NCBI GenBank assembly: GCA_947467185.1
Contig: CANIHR010000001.1
Span: 1 to 58,064 of the forward strand
Source: Bryobacterales bacterium
Lineage (GTDB): Bacteria > Acidobacteriota > Terriglobia > Bryobacterales > Bryobacteraceae
Direction of reading: 5' to 3'
Length of the DNA: 58,064 nt
Position numbers and translations under genes: made by a program
Part shown: one piece after another, positions 1 to 8,999 of the stretch
Position numbering within the stretch: position 1 is the stretch's first letter
Layout of the letters: each line of letters opens with the position of its first letter
The notes under the pieces: model-generated
Database searches by the model: none
Told to the model about the DNA's origin: nothing
Seen by the model: only the letters and a program-made list of their open reading frames with translations

Positions 1-167
1 CGAATCCGCTCGTGAGCACCTCTTCGCCCCGAGTCAAAGCAGCTCGGAATAGCCCGCATAAACCGATCAATAACAATCAAAACATCTATTAGACAAATCT
101 ATCTGTTCGCCGCTATTGTGGGATTGTAAGCGCCACGAGCGCTCCAATAAGCACAAGGAGAATGGAT

Positions 168-713
168 ATGAAAAAGACTTTTCGAGTTGGAATGATGCTG
201 GGTACCGCGCTGCTGGCAGCTACCAGCACCTTCGCGAGGGACCACAAGACGCCGGACCCACTGGCCGCCCATCTGGAGAAAGAAGTACGGCGCGAACTGG
301 TAACCCTGCCCTGGTATAGCCTTTTCGACAGCTTGTCATTCCGCATCGATGGTGAGACGGTCACGCTGACAGGCAAGGTAACACGCCCCACCCTGAAGTT
401 CTCCGCTGAGAATGTTGTGAACAATATTGAAGGTGTGGAGAAGGTCGTCAATGAGATACAGGTCCTGCCGCTGTCCTCTGTGGATGATCGGTTGAGACTC
501 GCCCTGTACCGCAGCATCTACGGCCACACCGCACTGCAGTTACTTTCCATCCGCGCCGTTCCGCCCATCCACATCATCGTGGAGAACGGCAAAGTCACCC
601 TGGAAGGCATGGTCGGTAACCAGATGCAGAAGAATATCGCGGGTGTCCAGGCCAATACGGTCTCGGGTGTATTCTCGGTAACGAATAACCTTGGCGTGGA
701 CGACAGCAAGTGA
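168..713 (+). CDS. Periplasmic BON-domain (OsmY-like) protein
   Basis: ORF 162..713. AAGGAG at 155-160 favours the second ATG at 168. Signal-like N-terminus MKKTFRVGMMLGTALLAATSTFA. Two BON-like repeats (GETVTLTGKVTRP..., NGKVTLEGMVGNQ...). Confidence 0.75.
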   Translation: MKKTFRVGMMLGTALLAATSTFARDHKTPDPLAAHLEKEVRRELVTLPWYSLFDSLSFRIDGETVTLTGKVTRPTLKFSAENVVNNIEGVEKVVNEIQVLPLSSVDDRLRLALYRSIYGHTALQLLSIRAVPPIHIIVENGKVTLEGMVGNQMQKNIAGVQANTVSGVFSVTNNLGVDDSK

Positions 714-723
714 TGGGACTACC

Positions 724-760
724 CTGTTCCGGTGCCCGGGAACACGGGCACCGGTAACAG
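724..760 (+). terminator. Strong GC hairpin downstream of the BON gene, without a U-tract
   Basis: CCGGTGCCCG (729-738) pairs perfectly with CGGGCACCGG (745-754) around a 6-nt loop. The stem extends through CTGTT/AACAG. No T-run follows, so an intrinsic-terminator role is uncertain. Confidence 0.3.
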
Positions 761-880
761 TTGCGTCACAGTTCCATGACAGGAATTGTCATTAACTCCC
801 ACGTACCATTTCTGTAATCTGACTGTCACGACTTACTCCCTAAACTGAACGGCATGATGCTTCGGGACACCGGAACTGTT

Positions 881-3871
881 ATGTCGAAACTACAAATTAC
901 ATTCTTATTACTGGCCTGCTCTGCAAGCCTGTTTGGCCAGGCCGAGAGCGGGCGCGCTGCACTCGAAGGCCGAGTCCTCGATCCGACTGCGAAGGCAGTC
1001 CACGCCGCCAAAGTAACCCTTGTCGGAAGCCAGACCGGCACACGGCGCGAAGTCGCCACCGACCCGGAAGGCCAGTTCCGCATCGGAGCCCTTCCCGTCG
1101 GAACCTATAACTTAGAAGTAACCGCTTCCGGTTTCGCGCAGTCCACTTCCACCGGTATCGCACTTACTGTGGGTGAAACAAAATCTATTACCGTCAGCCT
1201 GGGAATGGCTTCGGTCTCCTCGCAGGTGACCGTGGAAGCCAACGCGGCAATCGTCAACCTCACCGATACGTCTAACAGTGTCAGCATCGGCGAGCGAGCC
1301 ATTCAGGACCTTCCGATTCGCGGGCGCAACTTCACCGAATTTGTCCAGCTCTCACCGGGCGTGATGCAGGAACAAAACCGTTACGGTATCGTCTACAACG
1401 GCCAGCGCTCCATCAACTCCAACGTCTCTCTCGATGGAGTTGACTTCAGTGACTCCCTGCAGGGTGGACAGCGTGGTGGCGGAGCCAATGAATCCGCCTT
1501 CTTCTTCCCACAACTCGCAGTCCGTGAGTTCCAGATTGTCCGCGATGGCGCTTCCGCCGAAGTGGGCCGCACCAACTCCGGCTACCTCAACGTCGTCACC
1601 AAATCCGGCACGAACGAATTGCACGGAGCAGGTTACTACGCCAACCGCAACGGCGCCATGACCTCCCCCGACGCCTTCGGTAACGACCTGAGCACCAATG
1701 CGCAAAACCAGTTCGGCTTTGCCGCCGGCGGCCCGGTGAAACGCAACAAGTTCTTCTTCTTCGGCGCGCTCGAGAAGAACATGGTGACCGTCCCTTATAC
1801 CGTCAAATTCGATACCCCAACGGGCGGCCTGGCCATCCCGACCGACCTCGCCAGCCAGCAGGGCACCGTGGACCAGAAGAACAATCCGCTCGTCTCCTTC
1901 GGTCGCCTCGATTACCAGTTTTCCACCAACACTTCTGTCAACATCCAGTACACGTATGCCGCGCAGAACGGCCTGAATTTCGGCGGCGTCACCGGCGGCA
2001 CCACCAACCAGGCAGCCACCACCAACACGCTGCTCGACCGTGCCAGCCAGGGCGTCAAGGTCGGCGTTACAACCGTCGCCTCTGCCTCCCTCGTCAACGA
2101 ACTCCGCGGTCAGTGGGCTTACGACAACCGCCTGCAGAAGCCCAACAGCGACGCGGCCGAAGTCGATATCACCGATCTCGGTGCCATCGGCGGCAACAAG
2201 GCCGGCACCTATATCTACAACGCCACCCGCTACCAGATTCTGGACACCATGAGTTGGATGCATGGCCGCCACAGTGTGAAGTTCGGTGTGGACATGAACT
2301 TCAACCCGCAGCAGCAGCAACGCGAAACCAACTATGGCGGCGTCTACACGTTCAACACGCTCGCCGACTACCTCGCCGCCCTCGCCGGCAACACCAGCAA
2401 GATCACCCGCTATCAACAGACCATTGCAACCAATGGCCGCCAGGGATTTTATGACCAGATGCAGAAGGATTTCAGCGGCTTCATCACGGACTCCATCCGC
2501 CTGCGCCGCGACCTGACCCTGACCGCCGGCCTCCGCTGGGATGGTCAGGTGAATCCGCAACCGCCCGCCAACCCGGCCCACCCCATCAATGGCCAGATCC
2601 CCAATGACCTCACCATGTGGCAGCCGCGCCTCGGCCTCTCCTGGAACGTCGCAGGCAAGGGTGACACCGTCGTCCGCCTTTCCGGCGGCATGTTTGACGC
2701 CCGCACCCCGGGCTATCTGATGCAGCGCGTCTTCACTGACAATGGCGTCAACACCCTGGTAGTGGACAGTAACGTCGACAAGAACGTGCTTCCCCTTCTG
2801 AAGGTTCCGAATGCCTTCACGACCCTGCCCGCCAGCATTAAGACGGCCGCGGTCGGCTCTATCTTCGCGTTCGACCCCAGCTTTAAGAATCCTCGCTCGG
2901 CGCAGGTTTCCATCGCGCTCGAACAGAAGCTGGACAAGAGCACCAAGCTCGTTATCGGCTATACCCACAACTCCACAACGCAACTGCAGAGACGTATTGA
3001 CACCAACCTGTTCGCTCCCGTGGTGATGTCGAACGGGAACCCGGTTTACCCTTCCTTCGATTCGGCCGGTGCCCTGGTTTATCCGAAAACGTTTGACCCC
3101 ATCACCTTCGCGCCCATCTTCATCGACAGCAAGACTGGGGGCACACTGAAGGCTTCCGTAGCCCGCCCCGATCCGACGGTCGGCCAGATCAACGTGAACA
3201 AGTCGGTTGGCCACTCCCGGTACGACGGGTTGCAGATCAACGTGCAGCGCCGCATGAACCGCCGCATGATGTTCAACTTCAACTACACTTACGCGTTCAA
3301 TCACGACGACGACTCGAACGAGCGCGACTTCAACCGCCAGAGCGCTCTGAATACGTACGACCTGACGCAGGACTGGTCGTTCTCGAAGAATGATATCCGC
3401 CACAGCGGCAACCTGAATGCCCTTTACGATCTCGGCAAGGGCTTCACCGTCAGCACGCTGCTCTTCGCGCGCACGGGCACCGTTGCCAAACCTGTCACCG
3501 GCGTCGACCTGCAGAATGATGGCAACACGACCAATGACCGGCCAATCGTTGCCGGGCGCGTGCTTCCCCGTGATTACTTCCGTCAGCCCGGTTTCTTCGA
3601 CTGGGATATGCGCCTGCTGAAGAGCTTCCGACTGGGTGAGCACGCCCGCGTGGAGTTCTCTATTGAAGGCTTCAACCTTACCGGCTCCAGCAACAAACGC
3701 TTCAACGGCGACGGCGAATCCCCGAACTTCGGCACCTCCACCGCCGCCATCAACCCTCGCACCGGCTTCGCCTACTCCGGCAACAGCGCGGGAATCCCAA
3801 CCACTGCCACCGGCACCGATTTCTTCGGTGGCGCCCGGCAAGCGCAATTGGGCGCTCGCTTCACCTTCTGA
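881..3871 (+). CDS. TonB-dependent-receptor-like outer-membrane protein with N-terminal carboxypeptidase-regulatory-like domain
   Basis: ORF 854..3871. The ATG at 881 gives signal peptide MSKLQITFLLLACSASLFGQA. The motif GRVLDPTAKAVHAAKVTLVGSQTG...GTYNLEVTASGF is CarboxypepD_reg-like. Long beta-rich body ending in ...QLGARFTF (aromatic C-terminal OMP signature). Confidence 0.85.
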   Translation: MSKLQITFLLLACSASLFGQAESGRAALEGRVLDPTAKAVHAAKVTLVGSQTGTRREVATDPEGQFRIGALPVGTYNLEVTASGFAQSTSTGIALTVGETKSITVSLGMASVSSQVTVEANAAIVNLTDTSNSVSIGERAIQDLPIRGRNFTEFVQLSPGVMQEQNRYGIVYNGQRSINSNVSLDGVDFSDSLQGGQRGGGANESAFFFPQLAVREFQIVRDGASAEVGRTNSGYLNVVTKSGTNELHGAGYYANRNGAMTSPDAFGNDLSTNAQNQFGFAAGGPVKRNKFFFFGALEKNMVTVPYTVKFDTPTGGLAIPTDLASQQGTVDQKNNPLVSFGRLDYQFSTNTSVNIQYTYAAQNGLNFGGVTGGTTNQAATTNTLLDRASQGVKVGVTTVASASLVNELRGQWAYDNRLQKPNSDAAEVDITDLGAIGGNKAGTYIYNATRYQILDTMSWMHGRHSVKFGVDMNFNPQQQQRETNYGGVYTFNTLADYLAALAGNTSKITRYQQTIATNGRQGFYDQMQKDFSGFITDSIRLRRDLTLTAGLRWDGQVNPQPPANPAHPINGQIPNDLTMWQPRLGLSWNVAGKGDTVVRLSGGMFDARTPGYLMQRVFTDNGVNTLVVDSNVDKNVLPLLKVPNAFTTLPASIKTAAVGSIFAFDPSFKNPRSAQVSIALEQKLDKSTKLVIGYTHNSTTQLQRRIDTNLFAPVVMSNGNPVYPSFDSAGALVYPKTFDPITFAPIFIDSKTGGTLKASVARPDPTVGQINVNKSVGHSRYDGLQINVQRRMNRRMMFNFNYTYAFNHDDDSNERDFNRQSALNTYDLTQDWSFSKNDIRHSGNLNALYDLGKGFTVSTLLFARTGTVAKPVTGVDLQNDGNTTNDRPIVAGRVLPRDYFRQPGFFDWDMRLLKSFRLGEHARVEFSIEGFNLTGSSNKRFNGDGESPNFGTSTAAINPRTGFAYSGNSAGIPTTATGTDFFGGARQAQLGARFTF

Positions 3872-3892
3872 GACTTCACCGCTCGTAACTCT

Positions 3893-3922
3893 GGGCCGCC
3901 CTTACCGGGTGGCCCTTTTTTA
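3893..3922 (+). terminator. Rho-independent terminator after the TBDR-like gene
   Basis: GGGCCGCCC / GGGTGGCCC stem with one G-T wobble and loop TTAC, followed by TTTTTTATT. Confidence 0.6.
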
Positions 3923-3960
3923 TTCAGCGGACTTTCATCGTCGCAAAGCATACTGAAGCT

Positions 3961-4635
3961 GTGTGGATTCTGGTCGTCGAAGATGACATCGCGATGGGAG
4001 ACCTCTTGCGGCGCGGCCTGGAGGAGGCCAACCATTCCGTGGCGGTAGCCCGCGATGGCGCAGAAGGTCTCCACGCCGCCCGGATGACCAGGTTTGACGC
4101 CGTTATCCTGGACGTCATGCTGCCGGCCCTGGATGGCATCGAGGTGGCACGGCAGCTTCGGGTAGCTGGTTCCGAAACCGCCATCCTGATGCTGACGGCG
4201 CGCGACGCGCCCGCCGATGTCGTTCGGGGTCTCGACGCGGGTGCGGACGACTATCTGACCAAGCCCTTCTCTTTCAAGGTGTTGCTTGCCCGGTTGCGAG
4301 CCATTAGCCGCCGCGCCGCCAACCCACCCGTTTCGGTGCTCCGCGTCGATGACCTCACGCTCGACCCCGCCGCCCACATCGTGGAACGCGGCGGCATGCG
4401 CATCAGCCTGACCGCCACCGAATTCCGCCTGCTGGAATTTCTGATGCGCCGCCCCGGGCGCGCTGCCTCCCGAACAGCAATCATCGAAGCCGTCTGGGGC
4501 TACGAGGAAGATGTGGAACCCAACACCGTCGATGCCTTCATCAAACTGTTGCGCGATAAGGTTGACGCCGGACATAAACTCCGCCTGATTCAGACTGTCC
4601 GGGGCTTCGGTTACATCATCCGGGAGACGGCCTGA
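3961..4635 (+). CDS. OmpR-family two-component response regulator
   Basis: GTG start. Receiver motifs ILVVEDD, DAVILDVMLPALDG, LMLTAR, DDYLTKPF. C-terminal winged-helix (LTATEFRLLEFLM..., TVRGFGY). Confidence 0.9.
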   Translation: MWILVVEDDIAMGDLLRRGLEEANHSVAVARDGAEGLHAARMTRFDAVILDVMLPALDGIEVARQLRVAGSETAILMLTARDAPADVVRGLDAGADDYLTKPFSFKVLLARLRAISRRAANPPVSVLRVDDLTLDPAAHIVERGGMRISLTATEFRLLEFLMRRPGRAASRTAIIEAVWGYEEDVEPNTVDAFIKLLRDKVDAGHKLRLIQTVRGFGYIIRETA

Positions 4636-6029
4636 TGCTGACCGACCTGACCACGGTGCGCGGACGCCTGACCGCCTGGTATTCCGGAGTCCTCGCTGCC
4701 ACTCTGCTGGTGCTCAGTATAGGCGCCCTGGTCGGCCTAAAAACCAGCGTACGCGACACAGTGGACCGGGAACTGCGTGCGCGCCTCCCCGGCATGAACG
4801 AATTTCTGGTGAACCAGGCGAAGAACCCGGACGGCGAATCACTGGCCGACGAGTTGCGGGAACAGGCGGGCATCACCCCGGCCGGAGCCCCCCTCCGCAT
4901 CGCCGATCCCACCGGACGCTGGCTATACGAATCGCGCGCCACAAAAGACTGGGGAGCGCTGGATCCAACACCCGGTATCCGGACACTTCACGTGAATGGC
5001 GAGGCTTACCGGATTCTGACCGAGCCCGTGATTGTCGGTACCCTCCAGTTGGGCGCGCCGCTCAGCGCTTTCAATAAAGTGGTGGAGGATTTCACCTGGA
5101 CCGTCCTCCTGGCCAGCCCGGGACTTCTTATTTTGTCCGGAATCGGGGGGTACTGGTTGAGTGGCCGGGCCCTCGCGCCGGTTGAGACCATCACGAAAAC
5201 CGCGCAGGAGATCAACGCGCAGGACCTTTCCCTGCGCCTCCCTGTCCGTGGCTCGCGCGACGAACTCGACCGCCTGTCCGAAACACTCAACGGAATGTTC
5301 GCCCGCCTGGAGACCGCCTTCCGTCGCATTACCGACTTCACAGCCGATGCCTCGCATGAATTGCGGACTCCCGTCGCCGTCATCCGCACCACGGCCGAAC
5401 TGACTCGAAGCAAGCCCCGCACCAACGCCGAATACGAGAAGGCCCTGGATTCAATTTTGGCCGAGAGCGAGCACACTACGGCCTTGATTGAGGACCTCTT
5501 ACTGCTGGCCCGCGCCGATTCGCCAGGTCAGGCGCTTGCCTCCGAACCCCTTGATCTCATGGAAGTTGCCGAGGCCGCCACCCAGGAGGCCACTGTGCTT
5601 GCGAATGCGCGGGGCGTGCGGCTCACCGCAGCCCTGCCTGAACCCGTCCCCTTCCGTGGAGACCACGAGAGCCTCCGCCGCATGCTGCTGGCCCTGCTCG
5701 ACAACGCCGTCAAGTACACACCTTCCGGAGGAACCATCAGGCTGACACTGCGGGTAATCGGGTCCGAAGCGGAGGTCACCGTTCGCGACTCCGGGACCGG
5801 CATCGCCCCCGAGGACCTGCCCCATCTCTTCGAGCGCTTTTATCGGGCTTCTAAGGATCGTCGCCGGGATGGAGGGCGGGGGGGCGCCGGACTGGGCCTG
5901 TCCATCGCCCAGTGGATTGCCCGACAGCACCGCGGCGAGATCTCCGTGGTGAGCCTGCCCGGCGAGGGGGCGCAGTTTCTGGTCCGACTCCCTCTGCCTC
6001 CAGTAGATATTCAGAATCCGGGAGCATAA
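4635..6029 (+). CDS. Sensor histidine kinase (TM-sensor-TM-HAMP-HisKA-HATPase_c)
   Basis: 1-nt overlap with the regulator (TGATG). H-box FTADASHELRTP, N-box LLDNAVKYT, G-boxes RDSGTGI and GGAGLGLSI. Confidence 0.9.
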   Translation: MLTDLTTVRGRLTAWYSGVLAATLLVLSIGALVGLKTSVRDTVDRELRARLPGMNEFLVNQAKNPDGESLADELREQAGITPAGAPLRIADPTGRWLYESRATKDWGALDPTPGIRTLHVNGEAYRILTEPVIVGTLQLGAPLSAFNKVVEDFTWTVLLASPGLLILSGIGGYWLSGRALAPVETITKTAQEINAQDLSLRLPVRGSRDELDRLSETLNGMFARLETAFRRITDFTADASHELRTPVAVIRTTAELTRSKPRTNAEYEKALDSILAESEHTTALIEDLLLLARADSPGQALASEPLDLMEVAEAATQEATVLANARGVRLTAALPEPVPFRGDHESLRRMLLALLDNAVKYTPSGGTIRLTLRVIGSEAEVTVRDSGTGIAPEDLPHLFERFYRASKDRRRDGGRGGAGLGLSIAQWIARQHRGEISVVSLPGEGAQFLVRLPLPPVDIQNPGA

Positions 6030-6057
6030 TAGGCAGCATCCCGGCGGCGGCCGATTT

Positions 6058-6507
6058 CTAACGAGTCAGGCTTTTCAGCTCATTCAGGAAGGCCTGCTCG
6101 TCCTGAAAGTCCCGATAAACTGACGCGAACCGGACATAAGCAATCTTGTCGATAGCTCTTAGTTCGTCCATGAGGTATTCGCCAATCTCAATGGTGGTGA
6201 TTTCCCGGTCCGGGGAGTCTGTGACCCGGGCTTCCACCAGATTCACCAGGTCCGAAAGTCGCACCATGCTGATCGGGCGCTTCTCACAGGCCTTCAGCAG
6301 CCCTGCCAGCACCTTCTGCCGGTCAAACTTCTCCCGCCGCCCGTCCTTCTTAATGACCATGTACGGGACTTCGTCGATCCGCTCGTAAGTAGTGAAGCGC
6401 TTCTCGCAGCCATTGCACTGTCGGCGCCGGCGGATGGAGTCGCCTTCCTTACTTTCCCGTGAGTCGATGACGCGGTCTTCCAGGTGACCGCAGAAAGGGC
6501 AGATCAT
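6058..6507 (-). CDS. nrdR: Transcriptional repressor NrdR
   Basis: Internal ATG at 6507 gives MICPFCGHLEDRVIDSRESKEGDSIRRRRQCNGCEKRFTTYERI (Zn ribbon) plus an ATP-cone. The 117-aa upstream extension of ORF 6058..6858 has no NrdR counterpart. Confidence 0.9.
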   Translation of the reverse strand: MICPFCGHLEDRVIDSRESKEGDSIRRRRQCNGCEKRFTTYERIDEVPYMVIKKDGRREKFDRQKVLAGLLKACEKRPISMVRLSDLVNLVEARVTDSPDREITTIEIGEYLMDELRAIDKIAYVRFASVYRDFQDEQAFLNELKSLTR

Positions 6508-6697
6508 GTACGCTTCTGGAACGAAGAATAACAGGCTCGGGTACAGTTTGGCCATCTTTGGCCCGGATAGGACTTCAGCACTGGATTCTCCACAAAGAAT
6601 GAACCTATCATGAAAAAGCCTCGTTCCTTGTTTTGAAGATGGAATTCGAGAGGGCGAAACCCTCTGATCGAACCTTCTGAATAAGGAGACGGCGAAG

Positions 6698-7345
6698 ATG
6701 ACAGCGGGCGTAGTAACGGCAATCTGGACTCCAGGATTCGTCCAGTCAGCTTCCGTGCCGGCTGCAGCAAACACGAACGTGGATCTGGACAGCACACTCG
6801 TAGAGCGGTGCCTAAGCGGTGACGACACCGCCTGGGAAGGCCTTGTACGCGCGCACACCCGCCGGGTTTATGGCCTGTGTTACCGATTCACCGGCCGGGA
6901 TTCCGACGCACAGGACCTGACGCAGGATGTGTTCCTGCGTGTTTTCAAAGCGTTAGGCGGATTCCGATCCACGGAGGGTTCGTTCGCCACCTGGCTCACC
7001 CGCCTGACGCGGAACCTGCTGATCGATCATTACCGCCGGACTCGTAACGAGCGGGCCACCGACTCGATCGAAGAACAGTTGCCTCGCGTCGAGGAAGGTT
7101 TTGTCGCGGTCAGCCGCCCGGATTCGGCGCTGGCAGGCCGCGAAGCAAGCGAATTGTTACAAGGTGCGCTGGCGAAACTGTCGCCCGAACTGCGTGAGAC
7201 GATCATTCTCCGCGACCTGCAGGATATGGAGTACCGGGAAATTGCCGACATCCTCGGCATCCCCGAAGGAACGGTAAAATCCCGTTTGAACCGAGGCCGA
7301 GCCGAACTGGCAAGGTTGTTGAAAAAATATCGTTCGGCTGTATAG
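6698..7345 (+). CDS. ECF-type RNA polymerase sigma-70 family factor
   Basis: AAGGAG at 6683-6688, 9 nt before the ATG. Region 2 (RRVYGLCYRFTGRDSDAQDLTQDVFLRVF) and region 4 (ILRDLQDMEYREIADILGIPEGTVKSRLNRGR). An alternative GTG start exists at 6779. Confidence 0.85.
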   Translation: MTAGVVTAIWTPGFVQSASVPAAANTNVDLDSTLVERCLSGDDTAWEGLVRAHTRRVYGLCYRFTGRDSDAQDLTQDVFLRVFKALGGFRSTEGSFATWLTRLTRNLLIDHYRRTRNERATDSIEEQLPRVEEGFVAVSRPDSALAGREASELLQGALAKLSPELRETIILRDLQDMEYREIADILGIPEGTVKSRLNRGRAELARLLKKYRSAV

Positions 7346-7393
7346 GCTGGATGAATCTGTAAGAGAAGTAAAGAAGAGAGAAGTAAAGAATTT

Positions 7394-8017
7394 ATGTTGA
7401 GTTGTGAACAGTTCGAGATCCTGCTGGCCGACCATCTGGACGGCGCGCTGGCTCCTGCGGAGCGAGCGACGGATCGGGCTGCGTTTGAACAGCATCGGGC
7501 CTCGTGCCGGATGTGCGCGGAACTGGCCGAAGACGCCGGCAGCGCGGTCGCCTTTATGGAGATTGCCGCCGATGTGGAACCGCCCCCGGCGCTGATGACG
7601 AAGATCCTGCATTCCACCAATGCGGGCTGGGAACTGAAGCTGCAGGGCAAGGGCATCCGGGGCTGGATCAACCGGACCCTGGCGCCTGTTCTGCGTCCCC
7701 GTCTGGTGATGGGGGCCATGCTGACGCTGATGTCGGTCACGATGCTCAGCCGGTGCGCAGGTGCCCCGAAAAAGGTTTTGACCGCTGCGGATCTGGATCC
7801 AGTGCGGCTTTGGTCGTCGCTGGACGACCGAACGCACCGGATATGGGACCGCACGTTGAAGAGTTACGAAAGTATGCGTCTGGTTTACGAGATCCGGAAC
7901 CAGATTAATGACTGGCAACAACAGCAGGCCGAGGCTGAAGACGCGGCGGCGGAAGCAAGCGCCAACAGCCGCAAGCTGAATGCGCCTGTCACAGAAACGC
8001 AGGAGAAGAAGAAATGA
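7394..8017 (+). CDS. Zinc-binding (ZAS-type) anti-sigma factor, single TM
   Basis: N-terminal zf-HC2-like LSCEQFEILLADHLDG...H-x3-C-x2-C (HRASCRMC). One hydrophobic segment (LVMGAMLTLMSVTML). Sits immediately downstream of the ECF sigma gene. Confidence 0.7.
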   Translation: MLSCEQFEILLADHLDGALAPAERATDRAAFEQHRASCRMCAELAEDAGSAVAFMEIAADVEPPPALMTKILHSTNAGWELKLQGKGIRGWINRTLAPVLRPRLVMGAMLTLMSVTMLSRCAGAPKKVLTAADLDPVRLWSSLDDRTHRIWDRTLKSYESMRLVYEIRNQINDWQQQQAEAEDAAAEASANSRKLNAPVTETQEKKK

Positions 8018-8784
8018 ATTGCGCAACCCATCCCGAAGCCAACGCGACAGCTTTCTGCCGCGAGTGCGGCAAGCCGATGTGCACCGACTGCCAGAAACCG
8101 GCGCTCGGCTCCGTCTACTGCCAGGAGCATGCTCCCGCCGCCGCTTCTGTCCCTCCACCTCTGCCCGGTCAGCCGCCGGTAAACGCGGGCTACGCAACCA
8201 GTTACGGGGCATTCACGCAGGGCCCGGCCGCGCCTCCCCGACCCGCAGCTTTTGCCGATTCCCCGTATTCGGCCCCTGCGCCACCTACCCCGATTACGGC
8301 CGACCCGCATGCGCACCCGGTTCTGGCGCTATTCCTCGGCTTCATCCCCGGCGTCGGCGCCATCTACAACGGTCAGTACGCCAAGGGCCTGATCCACGCC
8401 GTCATCTTCGGTCTGCTCGTCAGCCTGATCAGCAGCAACCACGTGGGCGGTTCCGAGCCCCTGATCGGCATCATGATCTCCGCCTGGGTGATGTATCAGG
8501 CGTTCGAGGCCTACCATACCGCGCGAAAACGCCGTTACGGCCTGGCAGTGGAAGAGTTCTCCAGCCTGTTTGACATCCGGCCCGTTAGCGGCAAGTTCCC
8601 GACCGGTGCCCTCTTCCTGATCGGGATTGGCTTCGTTTTGTTGCTGGATACCACCGACATCATCCGGTTCGACCAGTTCGCACGTTACTGGCCTTTATCG
8701 TTAATCCTGATCGGCGGCTACATGCTGTACACCCGTCTGAACCCGGCTGGTGCCGAGGAATCCAAAGGAGAAGCACGTCGATGA
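8014..8784 (+). CDS. B-box-type zinc-finger membrane protein with C-terminal LiaI/LiaF-like TM hairpin
   Basis: ATGA overlap with the anti-sigma gene. Cys/His pattern CATHPEANATAFCRECGKPMCTDCQ...YCQEH, then a Pro-rich linker and several TM segments. Ends with GALFLIGIGFVLLLD...YWPLSLILIGG. Confidence 0.6.
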   Translation: MNCATHPEANATAFCRECGKPMCTDCQKPALGSVYCQEHAPAAASVPPPLPGQPPVNAGYATSYGAFTQGPAAPPRPAAFADSPYSAPAPPTPITADPHAHPVLALFLGFIPGVGAIYNGQYAKGLIHAVIFGLLVSLISSNHVGGSEPLIGIMISAWVMYQAFEAYHTARKRRYGLAVEEFSSLFDIRPVSGKFPTGALFLIGIGFVLLLDTTDIIRFDQFARYWPLSLILIGGYMLYTRLNPAGAEESKGEARR

Positions 8785-8999
8785 ACGACCAGAGCCAGTA
8801 CCTCATGCGCGCCGTTACCGGTCCCATCATCCTGATCACGGTCGGCGTCCTCTTTACTATTGACCGCTTTACCACCTTCAGCTTTGGCCAGACCTGGCCG
8901 ATTCTCTTGATCGTGATTGGCCTGCTGAAACTGCTGGGCGGACGTCGGCGCCGGGATTACGTGACGCCGCCTCCGCCACCCGGAGGTGCCCAGTCGTGA
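8781..8999 (+). CDS. Small two-TM protein (LiaI/DUF5668-like hairpin only)
   Basis: ATGA overlap with the upstream gene. GPIILITVGVLFTID...TWPILLIVIGLLKLL is the same module as in the two flanking genes. Basic, Pro-rich tail. Confidence 0.55.
   Translation: MNDQSQYLMRAVTGPIILITVGVLFTIDRFTTFSFGQTWPILLIVIGLLKLLGGRRRRDYVTPPPPPGGAQS

Noticed and set aside
1352-3847. 831-aa minus-strand ORF antisense to the first TBDR-like gene
   Set aside because: Its composition is dominated by A/G/V/R/E, typical of the reverse frame of a GC-rich gene, and it has no recognisable motifs. The plus-strand frame has clear receptor signatures. It is a shadow ORF.
6508-6858. 117-aa N-terminal extension of the NrdR ORF
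   Set aside because: NrdR proteins start at the MxCPxC zinc ribbon. The extension overlaps the divergent sigma-factor gene region and has no homologous counterpart.
7030-8316. Minus-strand ORFs (274, 351 and 143 aa) across the sigma/anti-sigma/B-box genes
   Set aside because: They are Arg/Ser/Ala-rich antisense frames. The plus-strand genes have diagnostic motifs and translational coupling.
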